DNA of 64,000 nt from the NCBI GenBank assembly GCA_951406725.2, contig OX597815.1, forward strand, positions 201,500,001-201,564,000. Reading direction: 5' to 3'. The position numbers were made by a program, and so were the translations under genes. The stretch comes from Octopus vulgaris (taxonomy: Eukaryota). The notes under the pieces are model-generated. The model was not told the origin of the DNA and did not search any database. It saw only the letters and a list, made by a program, of their open reading frames with translations. This document shows positions 40,801 through 54,200 of this stretch, in pieces; position 1 is the first letter of the stretch; every line of letters starts with the position of its first letter.

Positions 40801-41747
40801 TTCTTTTTGGGAAATAGCCAGCAAAAATCTGCTCAACGTTAACAGCGTACGACTTTCTCTTCAAAACACTGATTTCTCCGCCTTTTCATTAACTGTCTCG
40901 TGCAATTATTGGGAGTGGTCATCCAATCAAATTTTCTATTGGAGTCATGTTGATCAGACAAAATATTCCGCTCGCTAATGATGCCAAAAATCGAATTCCT
41001 ATAGTTTCTTTTTCTTAAAGAGCTGTCTTCGTGCTTTCTATGTATTTTCGTTGAAAGTTTTAGTTACTCAATCTTTAACAAGTCATATTATAAATGTTAT
41101 TCTTCTAAAATTTCCAGCTCTGCATTTACAACAATCAATAAACGTATCCTAGGTAAAGGAGCATTTATTGAATACTTATCTAATATGGTTTCTAAATATA
41201 GATTGAGATGCGTGTGTAACATAATATTGATGTTGGTATTCACTGAGTTCAAATGGGTTGGAAGTAAATGCATACATAAATCACTTGGACCACAAGAATG
41301 GAAGATGTACATACACACACACATATATATATATATATGCATATATATATGTATGTGTGTGTATGTGAGAGTGCGCGTGTGTGTGTGCGTGTGTGCGTGT
41401 GTGTGTGTATACATAAATAGATGGATATATTGACATACAGATAAATAGATAGATTGATTAATTGAAAAAATAGATATGCAGATATATATATATATATATA
41501 TATATACAGATACATATATATATATATATATTTGAGTAGTGGAATGAATTATCTTGTTATGGATAATTCGGTTAACCGATACCTGTGTAGCAAATTCACA
41601 TCAGAGAAGACACGTTTGAAGTTACGTGCTTTCGTGTGGAAATTTGTATGTTTTTGTTTTTAATATAAATATATGAAAGAATGGGCTCCGTGTGTGCAGT
41701 AATCTAAAAATGTTTTGTGCATCTTGATGTTGTCATATGTTCCTTGC

Positions 41748-41830
41748 TTTTCCTGATGAGAAAGCGGCATAATATATTCCTTATTCCTTCGCAATTAGGA
41801 ATATGCAGCCTTCGAAACATATGTCGAAAA
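41748..41830 (+). ncRNA. Type I hammerhead ribozyme with long stem II
   Basis: Stem I TTTTC/GAAAA; core CTGATGA 41753-41759; stem II GAAAGC..GCATA..ATTCCT/AGGAAT..TATGC..GCCTTC; GAAA; palindromic ACATATGT; GUC cleavage after 41825. Confidence 0.85.
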
Positions 41831-41879
41831 TAAAGGAGTTTTGTTAATTCGTCATTCAACTCCATTCTTTCATACATAC

Positions 41880-41909
<30 letters not shown>

Positions 41910-41910
<1 letters not shown>

Positions 41911-42162
41911 TACACATTTCTCACCTTGAACTTGTTCGCATAAACTGTCCCGTTTGTTGTATTCGCTAGTTACTGCACGCATTTTTTTCTCTCCTTCTTC
42001 TGTGTTTTTTTTCTCTCTGTGTATCTTTCTGTTGAAGAGCGTAGGCTCGAAAAGTTAAAGACTTGTTTTATTTATATTTCTTGAGCGCCATACTAATACA
42101 ATTGTTTGTTTGTTTTCCATCTGCCTTCGTCTTTTGTCTATTTTCATAAAGCTTCCCGTTAT
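41910..42162 (+). mobile_element. PLE pLTR with variant minimal hammerhead at 42024-42061
   Basis: TCTTT-CTGTTGA-A-GAGC-GTAG-GCTC-GAAAA-GTT-AAAGA. Confidence 0.7.
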
Positions 42163-42166
42163 ATAT

Positions 42167-42206
<40 letters not shown>

Positions 42207-42248
42207 TCACCCACGCACATATACATTAACTGAGAGACAGATATATAA

Positions 42249-42306
<58 letters not shown>

Positions 42307-42745
42307 GTGCAGTTTCAAGTTTGTTTCCCATCCATATATCTCCGGGTTTTCTCCCATACGGTGACGTCTTGGGCAACTGCTTAATGTTCTACCTGTTTAA
42401 TTACAGAATATCCTATAGTGTGTCTGCATCACCTTCCGTATCGAGCAGAAACCTCGCTGGTGACATTCATCCCTTCTTATTCCCTTGCGGTAGTGTTTAA
42501 GGAACTCACATGCATACACATACTTACGCATATGTCTGGTTCACATTTTATGCGTATTTATGAATTTATGAATATGTTCTTAATGCATGAGTAAGCACGT
42601 GACGAACGAGTTTGTTCATTAGAGGAAATATTTTCAGTCATATGCTCAAAATAAATTATTTGTAATCAAGTACACCTTTGGATATGTATCCCAAATATTT
42701 GAAATTTCATTTCAATCTGCCGGATGAGATCTACATATAAAAGTA

Positions 42746-43271
42746 CAGTAAATCCTCGAGTATAATCCGCAGTTTTTTCCCACAATTTAAAGGTCAATAT
42801 TCCTAGAGCGTGTTATATACGAGGTTAAAAATGGAAAGTATTTTCTAAGCAATGTCCAAGTCTCTAATTTTTTACTGTCCGGCGATGTTTATTCTGACGC
42901 ATTTTGTGCTGCTCGGCGCGAAAATACTTTAAGCTAAGCCTGAAAGCAATGAAGTCATAAAAGAATCATCCATAACTTGCAGTAAGCAACAATTATTAAA
43001 ATAAAAGTATTCGAAACACAGAATCGCATGTAACAAAAACAATTTTCAAACATATTTACATTCCCATATACCAGTTAAGAACATCACCATTATTGTATTA
43101 CGCATGCGCAGAAGTGCTTGTTTGACTCGATGCCGCTGGCTTAATTACGCACGACTCAAGTTAGAGGAGGGGTGCGTATTATACACAAGGTTTAGGTTTT
43201 TCAGAGCTACAGCTCCCTAAAAATCCATTGCGTGTTATAATCAGGTGAGGACTATGCTCGAGGATTTACGG
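42746..43271. mobile_element. Tc1/mariner (pogo/Tigger-type) MITE
   Basis: TA|CAGTAAATCCTCGAGTATAATCCGCA..TGAGGACTATGCTCGAGGATTTACGG|TA. Confidence 0.88.
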
Positions 43272-44345
43272 TATTTACATGTATATGGGTGTTTGCTTGT
43301 GCGTGTGAGTGAGACAGACAGACAGACAGACAGCGTGTGTGTTTGTGCTTGTGCATGTGTTTGTGTGTGTGTGTGTGTGTGCTCTGTAAGAATTAGGGAA
43401 ACTATTCAAAATTAAATGCAACGCTCCTTTCTCGGAGAAACTAATGCAAATACATTACATTTGTGGTCTAGTATATTTAATTTGTTTTACTCAATATACT
43501 CTACATGAATCTATTTTAGTCACGTGGGATTATCATTTCCTATTTCCTAGACTAGTGAGAGTTAGTCTCGTAACATGTACATTTAAACATTGCTTGGCTG
43601 ATATTCTGAGCAGCGAGAGATAAACCTCTAGATCGAAGTTGCGGATAATCGTACGCCAATTATAACAGGTAAGCAAAGATCCATACATAGATACGTACAC
43701 ACTCTCAATGAGACGTGCATTTGTCTGTGAGTCTGTCTAGCTTTCTATGCAAATGTGTGATTGTATGTATGTGTAAATGCATGCTTATGAGGGAATGTAA
43801 ATATATCATATTAACATTACTCATCTTAGACATTCTCGATTTTAATTTAATCAGATATAATTCAACCGATCATGAATTAATATACAGTACAGATGTCCTA
43901 AGACAATTTTATTCATAGTGTCAGTCGTGGTATCTGTAACATTAACGGATAGTGTGATATTTCCTTCACAAAATCGATCAATAATTACGAATAATTGCAC
44001 ATCTCTTAACTTGTATGACAACCTTCTGCGCATACGCCTATGTTATACTTCAAGAAACTATCCAACTGATATTACATATTTAATTTTGAAATCTTTTATT
44101 AGATAAATCTTATATTATAAAATCAAATTTGTTCTCCGCTTTTCCAATCGATTTTAGCCACGAAGTCTCTTTTGGTCAATGCAGAAACCTATACACTATT
44201 GTAAAAATAAAAGCTATGGAAACACAGGAACTGAATTCTGACACGTTCATATCTAAAATACAATACAGAACCTACAAAGAACCACACGCAGGACCTGCAT
44301 AATGCACATACATACACATATATATGTGTATGTATACATATGCAT

Positions 44346-44376
<31 letters not shown>

Positions 44377-44719
44377 CGAAAGGCGGTGCTGCCGCATGGC
44401 CACGGTCAAGTGACTGAAGCAAGTAAAAGAATGAAAGAATAAAATAATGCTAGTTCTTGTGGTCACTTTTAATAAATGCAATTTCTTTTACATTAATCTC
44501 ATTGGTTACTCTATACATATGCATGTATGTATATATGTATTTATGTATATATATATATATGTATACATGTATATATATATGTATGTATATATATATATAT
44601 ATATATATATGCAGATATTTTTATGATCATTATTGTCAACAAGTTCCTAGTGACTACAGAAGCATTATTAATAGCAAGAGTCAGAGGTCTTCTAATAAGA
44701 ATGCACAAAAGTACTTTTA

Positions 44720-45607
44720 CGAGGTCTGAAAAATAAGTATTCGGACTTTTACATTAATAACAGAGCAGAGTGAAGCCGCTTAGCAGTGATTTACCTGGAA
44801 TTCTGTTGTGCAAGCGCACTAACGTTTAACGTTCTAGCTCACTTGTACTGTTTACTGCAGTACTTGGCAGAAATATGTGTAACGTGCAGTCGTGGCATTG
44901 ACTATGACTGAGAAATTTGTCATGGCGATACCTGCTCAGAGGCCTACGCAAAGTTTCAGAAAGTGTATGGAAAAGAGTGTATGAGCTACACACTAGTGCA
45001 CGAGTGGTTCAGATATTTCCAAGTTGGCCGAAAATATATCGATATTGACGAACGTTCTTGGAGACCTGCAATCAGCAAAACTGAGAAATACATCGCAGGT
45101 GTATTGTATCTGGGAAATTGTAGAATAAACATGCGTGAGTTACCAGAAGATGTACAGATTAATTACGGTTCAGTTCAGTCAATTATCAATGAACATATTG
45201 ATATGAGACAGCTATCTACTAAATTTGTGCCAAAAGTCCCTAGTTTGTGCTAAAACCCGAACTGACCTGAAAAACTCTCGTGTTTCGGTTGCACATGATC
45301 TCCGTGATTGTATCGAAATCGATGAAAACTTTTTGAAAACTTTGCCTCAGCCTCTGAGCAGGTAGCGCCAAGCTTTTGTTAAAATATGATGCAGATTCTG
45401 TGCTCAACTTTGTCTGTCAAGTTTAGAGCGACGATCACACGCTACACACTTTCCTTCCAAGTACTGCAGTAAAGATTGGAAGTGAACTAAGACGTTAAAA
45501 CTTAGTGCGCAGGCACAGCAGTGTCCACGATCAATCTGTGCCAAGCGGCTTTACTCTATGTGCTTTAGCCTCGTTACTATGGTAACAGTCCAGATACTCA
45601 AACCACG
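44720..45607 (+). mobile_element. Mariner deletion derivative with HTH remnant and long inverted arms
   Basis: YGKECMSYTLVHEWFRYFQVGRKYIDIDERSWRP..STKFVPKV; TA|CGAGG..CCACG|TA; arms at about 44720-44945 and 45345-45607. Confidence 0.88.
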
Positions 45608-45859
45608 TATTTGTATCGTTGACAGAAGAGAAACCGCTGCTACATCCGCCGGAACCATCAGGTCCCTTACTTCCGCTTTGATATCGACTACTCAGTGACA
45701 GATATCAAGAATCCACACAACAGCGGCATCTACCGTCAATTATATATTGAATATCAGCGTCTATTAAAGTAATAATCGCGCAAGTAGCCACTGGATGTAT
45801 TAAGAAAACGATTAATATTGATAGAAGCAGTACTAATATCAAAAAGCAATATATATTTC

Positions 45860-46600
45860 TGTTATAGTGAAAGCTGTGCTCCACTTCCCACGCGATAAAG
45901 ACGTATAGAGCAGCCAGTATAAAGTCAGACAGTCAGTCGTTGTAGGCAGTCAGTAGGAGTAGAGTCGTTGTACGAGTTCTCAGTTGGTGTCAGTGTTAGC
46001 TATGTGATATATACGAGTTCGAATTATCGTTAAGGTAGACGTCTCAATGCCATTGTCTTGCGGAGCTATCAATGATAGCACGATAGACGAATCCAAGGTA
46101 ATAAGACACGAAATACCGCCACAATATAATTGTGGCGACAAGAATTTTATAGTATTGACAATAACATACAAGTAGAGTTGGATCTACATTATGATAGTGG
46201 CGATAAAAATATAAACAATTCACACTGGCAAAAAATTACTTTTCATTAGAAAATAAAATAGTCACGCGAACGACGTTGTAAAATTTTCTCGTGGAGAAAT
46301 CGAAAACTCCACAGAAAAGTAACAAAAATTTTTATTGTAGTTATTTTACGAAAATCCGTAAGATTATGGAAAACTTGTTAGAGGATGTATTTGAGTTGGA
46401 AAAACTAAAACACCAACAACTCAATAAATAACTACGAATGTTACAGCAACAAATGCTACACTACAGCTACTCCGTTTCCTCTCGAAGACAGCGAGATTAT
46501 TGTAGTGGGAAACATGTTTGAAAATTAAAATGAGAATTAAATGGAAGAATGAGTTACGTGAATGTCTTTACAGGAGTGATTGAAATAAATTGCGATATTG
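45860..46600 (+). mobile_element. Gypsy-type LTR, PBS and gag start
   Basis: TGTTATAG..CCGCCACA (to about 46122), then PBS-like TGGCGACAAG, then Q-rich MENLLEDVFELEKLKHQQL. Confidence 0.6.
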
Positions 46601-46884
46601 GAACGCCAGAAACACGCACGTATACACACCTACATACGCATACATAAAGTATCAAACAAACATAAGATGAAATGGACGTGTGAGAAGGAGCGAGAGACAC
46701 CTCATAGAGAGATATAGAGAGAGACAGAGCGAGTGAAGGGATGTGATGTCATGCATACGTACATACATATATAAATAAGCATACAACTTTTTTGTATCTA
46801 TGTGTGCGTGTGTATGCGTGCGAGAGTGCCACTTAGACATCACTCGCTCTCACACACGCATATATATGTATATGTATATATATG

Positions 46885-46920
<36 letters not shown>

Positions 46921-46928
46921 TGTATGTA

Positions 46929-46959
<31 letters not shown>

Positions 46960-46999
46960 ATGTATGTATGTATGCATCTGTGTGTGTGTTTGTGTCTTA

Positions 47000-47802
47000 G
47001 CCGTTCAGTACTGATGTTTTTTCGACGTGCGTTTGTTTATGTCTATTTATTGGGTAGTGTTTTTTGTGGCATTTAAATTGCCTGTTTATGATTTTTTTCG
47101 AGATGTTGTGTTTCTATATAATGGATTCGTTAACTTTTTTTAAGATTTGTTGATGAGCCACTATACTTTACACCAACGTGGTGAGTAAAGTGTTAAATAT
47201 GTTTTACTTCTGAAAAGGTGTTGTTTGTGAAGGATATATTTGAAAAAAATTAAGTAGTAATCCATTAGCTATATACTTCAAGAATAGTTGTTTCCATGGG
47301 TAATGAATTCTGGAGAAATATTTCAGAGATTTAAAATGTCTGTTCTTTCAGGAAAGTAGTTACACCTGCTTTGTGTGAGAGCATTTATGAATGTGTACGT
47401 TTGTAGATGAGTGGGGTCTGAGTTGTTTGTATTTCTATAGAAATATTTTTTTAACATTTTTTTCAATGAGTTATGTCGGTGCAAAGCAGATGTATGTTAT
47501 CTGTAGTTGGTAAGCTATAGACTACACCTGGGTTGAATGTTTATTTTCCAGTATCCATAGAACCTTCATAAAATGTTATGTGTACACCTGCGTGTATGTG
47601 TGGCGGATTTGATTTTGTTTATGATCGCTAATGAGTAGTTTAAGCTGTGAATTGTTTTTTTTATTTATAATTGATTTTAAATGGTGGAAATATTTTATAC
47701 GGTCTGATTTTATTATGATGAATAAATTTCTATTAATTTATACGTGATATGTACGTTCTTTACTTGTTCATGTAGAAGAATCATGTTTCGGTTCAGATGG
47801 AA

Positions 47803-47805
<3 letters not shown>
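47000..47805 (-). mobile_element. Decayed Penelope-like fragment
   Basis: KYFHHLKSIINKKTIHSLNYS resembles the PLE post-RT K.H.L..I.N..T..LSYS segment; partial HHR-like GGTT..AACC-GAAAC at about 47770-47805. Confidence 0.4.
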
Positions 47806-47853
<48 letters not shown>

Positions 47854-48220
47854 CGGATGATATGTCTAATATTATATGTTGCTGTTTTTTTTTTTTGGGG
47901 GGGGGGGGTTGCGTGTGCAAGAATTAAAAAATATGTATGCTTGTGTGCGATGGCTTATTTTACGTATAGGTTTCAATTATATTGCGGATATTTTCCATCA
48001 TATTGCTATTACCTGTACAATTGCAAGTTGTGCCACACAAGTTTTCAAAAGGATTACAGAGCACCGTGAAATTAAGAGTCTTTCACCGCAGATACCACGA
48101 ATCAAAACAACGACATTACGCACCTGATTACCAAAACATTAGCCGTTGAGCCGTGCGTCTTCACACACACGTACACACGCCGATACGCACTCATACATAC
48201 CTTGATATACTCTTCTGTAC

Positions 48221-48290
<70 letters not shown>

Positions 48291-48395
48291 GTATGTATAT
48301 ATGCATCTATATATCTACGCACAAATACTTATATGTATAAATTTGTATCCATAGTATATATTTTTCTAAGTTATACACACACGCGCGCGCGTGAA

Positions 48396-48457
<62 letters not shown>

Positions 48458-49542
48458 TATATGACTGTCTAATTTCGTTATTTTTCTTCGTTTTTTGCCT
48501 TAGTGAGTTATAAATACTGTTGTCTGTGGGACATATTTTTGTAGTAAAATAAATAACAGTCTTCTGGCTGCTATTTCTAATATTTTCGTATGTGGTCTAG
48601 CAACCTGTTGCAAAGACCCTCATTGTTATAATTATATATATACGTGTATATATACATACATACTTGCACATAAATACACACCCACACACACGCACGCGCG
48701 CACAGACACGCACATTCAAATACGCACACACTTTATTTTTAACAGGATTTTAAAGATAATTGTTATATATGCGTGCCTGTGTAAGGAAACTTTAACCAAT
48801 TTTTTAATGGTTATTATGACTTGAAACTAGCGCGTATACAAACCCAGTATACGAGGCGGAGACGTTTACTCAGTTTTTAGATTAGTAATCCAAACATTAC
48901 CAAGGGTTATTCCTCTTCCAAGTTAATGATATCACATCTCTCTCTTCATCACGTTCTAGGAGGAATTATGGAAAATTATGAAACAAATACTTGTAAATCC
49001 GAATTGATGAATCATAATCAGTGTTGTGAAGAACATTAAATAGTGTTAATTTCTCATATTTGACAAATAAATATTGATATATAGAAGAGGTGAAACTCAA
49101 ACAACTGCACATACGACTTACAGCATATTTCATTATTTTTTTTCTAGAAATCCTCTTCGCAAACTCCTTCCCTACATATTAAATATGCTGATGACATCTT
49201 AAAATCGACGACCACCGATAATTTTAGAACACCATTCAACAGATAATTAGCATGTTATCTAGTGCTTATCATTGGTATTTGAATTGTTTCACTAATTAAA
49301 CTGTACCCATACTAGAGCACCACCTTGAGTAATTTGTCGGTGAATGAATGAAGCACATTCATTATTTTTTAAAGACCGGTACACGTTCTATCGATATTTC
49401 TGAGCTAAGTTACGGCAACGTATACACAACAACACCGGCTGTCAAGCAGCTCTGCAGGCCATACACATTCCCAAATATACATACTCATGCACAGACACAC
49501 ACAAACAGAAGCAGAAAGAGACATACACACACATACAAAATG

Positions 49543-49593
<51 letters not shown>

Positions 49594-49624
49594 AGTATTT
49601 TATTATGATTACAAAATAGAATAG

Positions 49625-51261
49625 TTACTGTCAAAGACACTATGTCATGCAGATGGTTTGTTCAGACTGATACCGAAATACTGAGAGCCATTTGATGATA
49701 CGGTAATTACAGCATTAAGAGGAGAATGAGAAATAAATTATGTAATGCGGAATGTGGTACGCAAATTAGCGGTAACTCTAGAAGACGTGCAACGAAATGC
49801 GGTAAAGAGCAAATTCATAACAAATGAAAAGAATTCTGTGATCAGGAAAATTAAATAAGGGCAGGATTTGTGCGTAACGAAACCAAGAGGCAGGCCTATA
49901 TTCAATTTGTAACGTGATATATGTACAGTGAGTAGTAATACCTGAAACATTGCAAAAGAAAATGTCGAGGGAATTTCATGTTGGCAATCCTGGTATTTCG
50001 CGAATGAAATCTTTAATGCATAGAGAAATCGAAAATTTAGTGTAGATGATATACTCTAGGAGCAAAATTGTCAGTGATAAAAAAGCAAACCTTGGCCAAA
50101 ACTAGATGTTTCACGGTCGAGACTACACATCGACTGTGTTGGCCCCGTCATTTTACTTAGTAGTAATGGATAGTTTCTCTAAATGGCCAGATATTTGAAA
50201 GTGTGAAAGCCAACCCCAACCTCCTCAACTGCGACAAGTTCCTACGTGAGATGTTAACGAAATTTGGTATCCCAGACACGATACTGTCTGACAATGGAAC
50301 GCAATTTGTATCTTTTGTGTTTTAAGAGTTTAGTAAAACGTTCACTATAGAAAATATAACTATATGCCATACTCTCGCAGATCTAACGGACAAGTAGATC
50401 GCTTTGTCGAAACGTTCAAGAGAGCCCTAAGAAGTCGAAGAAAGAAGTCACGGATGAGGTGGCTCTACAACAATTCTTAAGAGTATTAAGTGTGACACCA
50501 AATTCAAATACACCAGCAGGCATGTCACCAGCAGAGCTGATGTTTGTGAGGAAAATGAAATCAGTCTTCGTCAAATTGCCAAGAAAAGAAATGTTACAAA
50601 AGATAACACAGTAAGATGTTTCAAAATTGGTAAAAGGTATTCGTTAGGACATATGAGAACGGAAAACAAATTTGGGGAGATGGCGTGATTACCAAATACG
50701 TATGAAAAAATGCTATACTTGTTAAAAGGAAGTAAAGGGGAATACAAAAAGCACAGGAATCAGCTGAAGAAAAAATGATTCATTGAGACCGAACCCAAGA
50801 GAATGGAAGGACCACTGGAATGGTTATATGATACTTTTCAAGTTCCAAAGTCACTACAAATAATTGAAACCAGACGCAAAAGCGTAAGAAAACCAAATCA
50901 ACAGAGTAGCTGGATGTTGATGCCAAACGAAAAGCTATTAATTGTGTAACTGTATGAACAAAAAATAGTACAATCTGGAGGCGGACTGATTTAAGAATTA
51001 TTGCTATCAAACGAAATAAAATTACTCTTCCGAAACAAAACAGAAAACTTAAAAGGGAAGATGTTATGGGAATAATAGTAATAATACAACGCCCCTCACA
51101 CGTGTCGTGTGGTATTTGGTAGTTAGTATACATACCGTCGGTCAGTGTCAGTAGAGAGTACGAATTAGACAGTCATAGAGTAGTCGTGACCTTACTTGTC
51201 TAACTAAATATACTACTATACTGGAGTGGGCGTGATAACAGTCCGACAGAGGATTACAACA
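49625..51261 (+). mobile_element. Gypsy LTR retrotransposon: RNase H end, integrase, PPT and 3' LTR
   Basis: HADGLFRLIP; FHVGNPGISRMKSLM; RLHIDCVGP; FGIPDTILSDNGTQF; SNGQVDRFVETFKRAL; PPT AAAAGGGAAGA (51051-51061), then LTR TG..CA at 51062-51261. Confidence 0.9.
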
Positions 51262-54200
51262 GGAAGCAAACGTCATAATACACATTCACGCCTGCTCCTC
51301 AGAAACTAGTCAGCGCATATAAGATTTGGCGCACTCTGTTTCAAATTGGTATATGGCACTGATTATGATTCCTTTCAGTGCAGTTACAAATTAGTCAAGT
51401 AACATCTATTAATACTGATATTTTTCAATATCTGATAATCTTAACTGAATTATGTTTAAAATGCCACAGTGAAAATGTGTTTATTAGAGAAAGCTCTCCC
51501 ATAAAGCTCTGCTGTGGTATTGAACCCGATCCATGCAAGTGTACAACAAACATCTTAATAGAAACACACATAGATATTTATATACTTGTAATCACATTCA
51601 GACACCCATACACACAGACACAGAGAAACACACACACACACACACACATATACATTCGTACGTACATACATTCAATGAGACTGTTAAATTATTATTTATT
51701 ATCAATATAATTTCCACCCATTTCTTGTAAAACAACCAAAATTAGATAATTTCATTTTCGAAGTAATTTGTAAATGCTTCTGGCACTAATAATATTATTG
51801 TTACTTTTGTTTTCAATTAAATACATTTCACATGTAAATATTGTTGGTAAAATTAAAATATACAAACAACATGTGTAAAAAGTGGCTAATTATATAACTT
51901 TTGTTGCAATCAATTTCTGGTAAATAAAAAAAACACCTTCAATTCCGTATCCACCCTAAAATACGTGCTACATTTCATTTAATATTCTAAAATCTAACAG
52001 CGAAAATATTATTTGAAAACTTTATAGAATATTAAAGGAAAAATAAATTAAAATGATATGTTGCAAAATACATACAAATTATTACTTTTAAAAATATAAA
52101 TATATGCATATTTTATGAGATCCATGATTAAATTCAGGAAATGATAACATTTCAGCAAATTCTATATTGCTTTCTGTTCTACATATCTGGTAATACGGAA
52201 CGTCGATTCCTATTAATATCCGTACGCTAATGACATAGTCGGTAACTTAGTCTAGGTCACTGTTTTGCTCATGGTTATGGTAAAACAATAATGTGCCAGT
52301 ATGATAGCTGTCGTAAACCAATAGGAGGATTTGAATGCGGAGGCTAACGAACAGAGTCACTCTACACATAGTTATTGCACCTTCATCTAAATACATTTAT
52401 CCAATGTCTCCATACGTTTTGCTTTGAAAGTGGGTTGTAATATGTGTTACTAAGTGCAAATTATCTAGGAAATACATAGACTCTCAGTGGTTAGCTTCTG
52501 GTGTAGTAGTGTTTTACTATGGCGTTTTCATGGTTATATCACAAAGTCTGCAAAGTTCTTAAGTTGCTGTACATTCAGTCGTATATCTGCGGGTAGTGTT
52601 GATAGAAACAATATGGTTTATATCATGGACAAGGTAGTATGATATGTTGGGTTCTAGTCCATGTAAGTATTAAAACATTTCAGTGCTCAATGGTACGTCA
52701 AAGTTACGTGGCGTAAACGGGTGTACTACATATAGAGAAAATAAATGAAAGTGAGAATATTGTTCATAAGATTGTTATAGAACGACATGAAATTATCGTT
52801 GAGACGACAACTTAAAAAAGATCATAAGTTGTTTTTTTTTTAATTTGAGTTGATTTAAAACTATTGAATTCACTGAATATGTTTGCTTTTCCATAATCTT
52901 AGATTTTGTCATTGATCAATTTACTTCGTTTCCAATTTCACTACATTACTCGGGTGAAATGTGTTAGAAGTGAATACCGGTACAGACCTTTCACTCACGC
53001 ATTGGGCTCATGAGACTCTAACTACAACAATGAATTCATCACTTTTAAATTTATATCTATGGATTTTCAAAAGGATTCGGAGCTAGCACTGCGAGTTGCG
53101 ATGGTTCCTAAACGAACACGTTCATTTAAACAAAAAGGTTGAAGATAGAAAATAAAGGTAATCGTTGTATATGCATATTTCAAGAGAAATTGTTCTTTCA
53201 TCAGTACCATATCTAATCACTCAAATATCTAAGAACGAATTACTTAAATAACCACCAAGTTTAGGCCTGTCACACAAATGGATAGGCCACTTTACATAAT
53301 GACCACATTTCTGGAAACTGGTGCATACACATTAACTATTAGCAAGGTCACAGTATTTCGTTTTCAAACCATAACATATATCAAGTATTTTAAAGAATTA
53401 CAAGTTAGTATTGACTCTTAGTTTTATGTTGGCAGTCCAATATTTTGTGTTTTAAGTTTATTTTTATAGATTTTCTGTAGAATCCAGTTTCAGCAGTGGA
53501 TGTTAAGACGATTCGTATGTGAATACGTCGATGTAAACAATGTGACGGAAGACAGAAAATTAGATAAGAGTCATTTCCCTTTCAGGAGCACTGCATCCAA
53601 TCCAGCATGAAGAGCAGCTCCAAACTATGTCGAAAATCTAAATAAATAAAATAAAATGTGAGAATATCGCACTGCTAACACAGACATAAAGCACAATAAT
53701 GTATGTAAATAACATCTAACTTTTTTTATAAAAATAAGGATGTAGAACTGCTACCTGACAAAGTCCAAATTAGAGTCATAGGAGGTTTCAACAAAGTAAA
53801 CGTCATTTAGTATATGAATTTGGTAACGCTGCAAATGGATATATATAGTGAAAAGAGAGAGAGCTTCCCACAATGCATTCAGGATCACATTGTTACGGCT
53901 TCGAACAAAGTACTTCCGGAATTCTTCATGAAACCCACAGAGAGATGGGATTGTTGTACAGTATTGCAAAACAAGGCAACTGGCCATAATTTCGACCCTA
54001 GAATGAGAGGTCTTTGCTCAATGAATGAGATAGTCATAGGTGAAATTAGAAATTTTGACACTCATGCTCTGGAGTACAAATTTGGTGTCAATTAGATATA
54101 CGCTTTTCTGAGCAGACATAGCATACGGTGTGGCAGTGTTGTTCTGGGAAGGTTTGGGTTACTAGGTAGGGTTGAATCGGATGAGAAGCTCTTAGTTCTT

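Noticed and set aside
45860-51261. Single intact Gypsy provirus bounded by two LTRs
   Set aside because: The LTRs share little beyond TGTTAT, no TSD is seen (ATTTC vs GGAAG), and the RT is absent.
52255-52350. Plus-strand CFAHGYGKTIMCQYDSCRK as a zinc-binding repeat
   Set aside because: Single short occurrence bounded by stops, antisense to the FN3 relic.
53167-53207. Minus-strand GTA-CTGATGA-AAGA..TCTT-GAAA-TATGCA-TA-TAC hammerhead-like motif
   Set aside because: Only a 3-bp stem I, no G-C closing pair on stem II, no repeat context, and it lies within the inferred receptor pseudogene region; likely chance.
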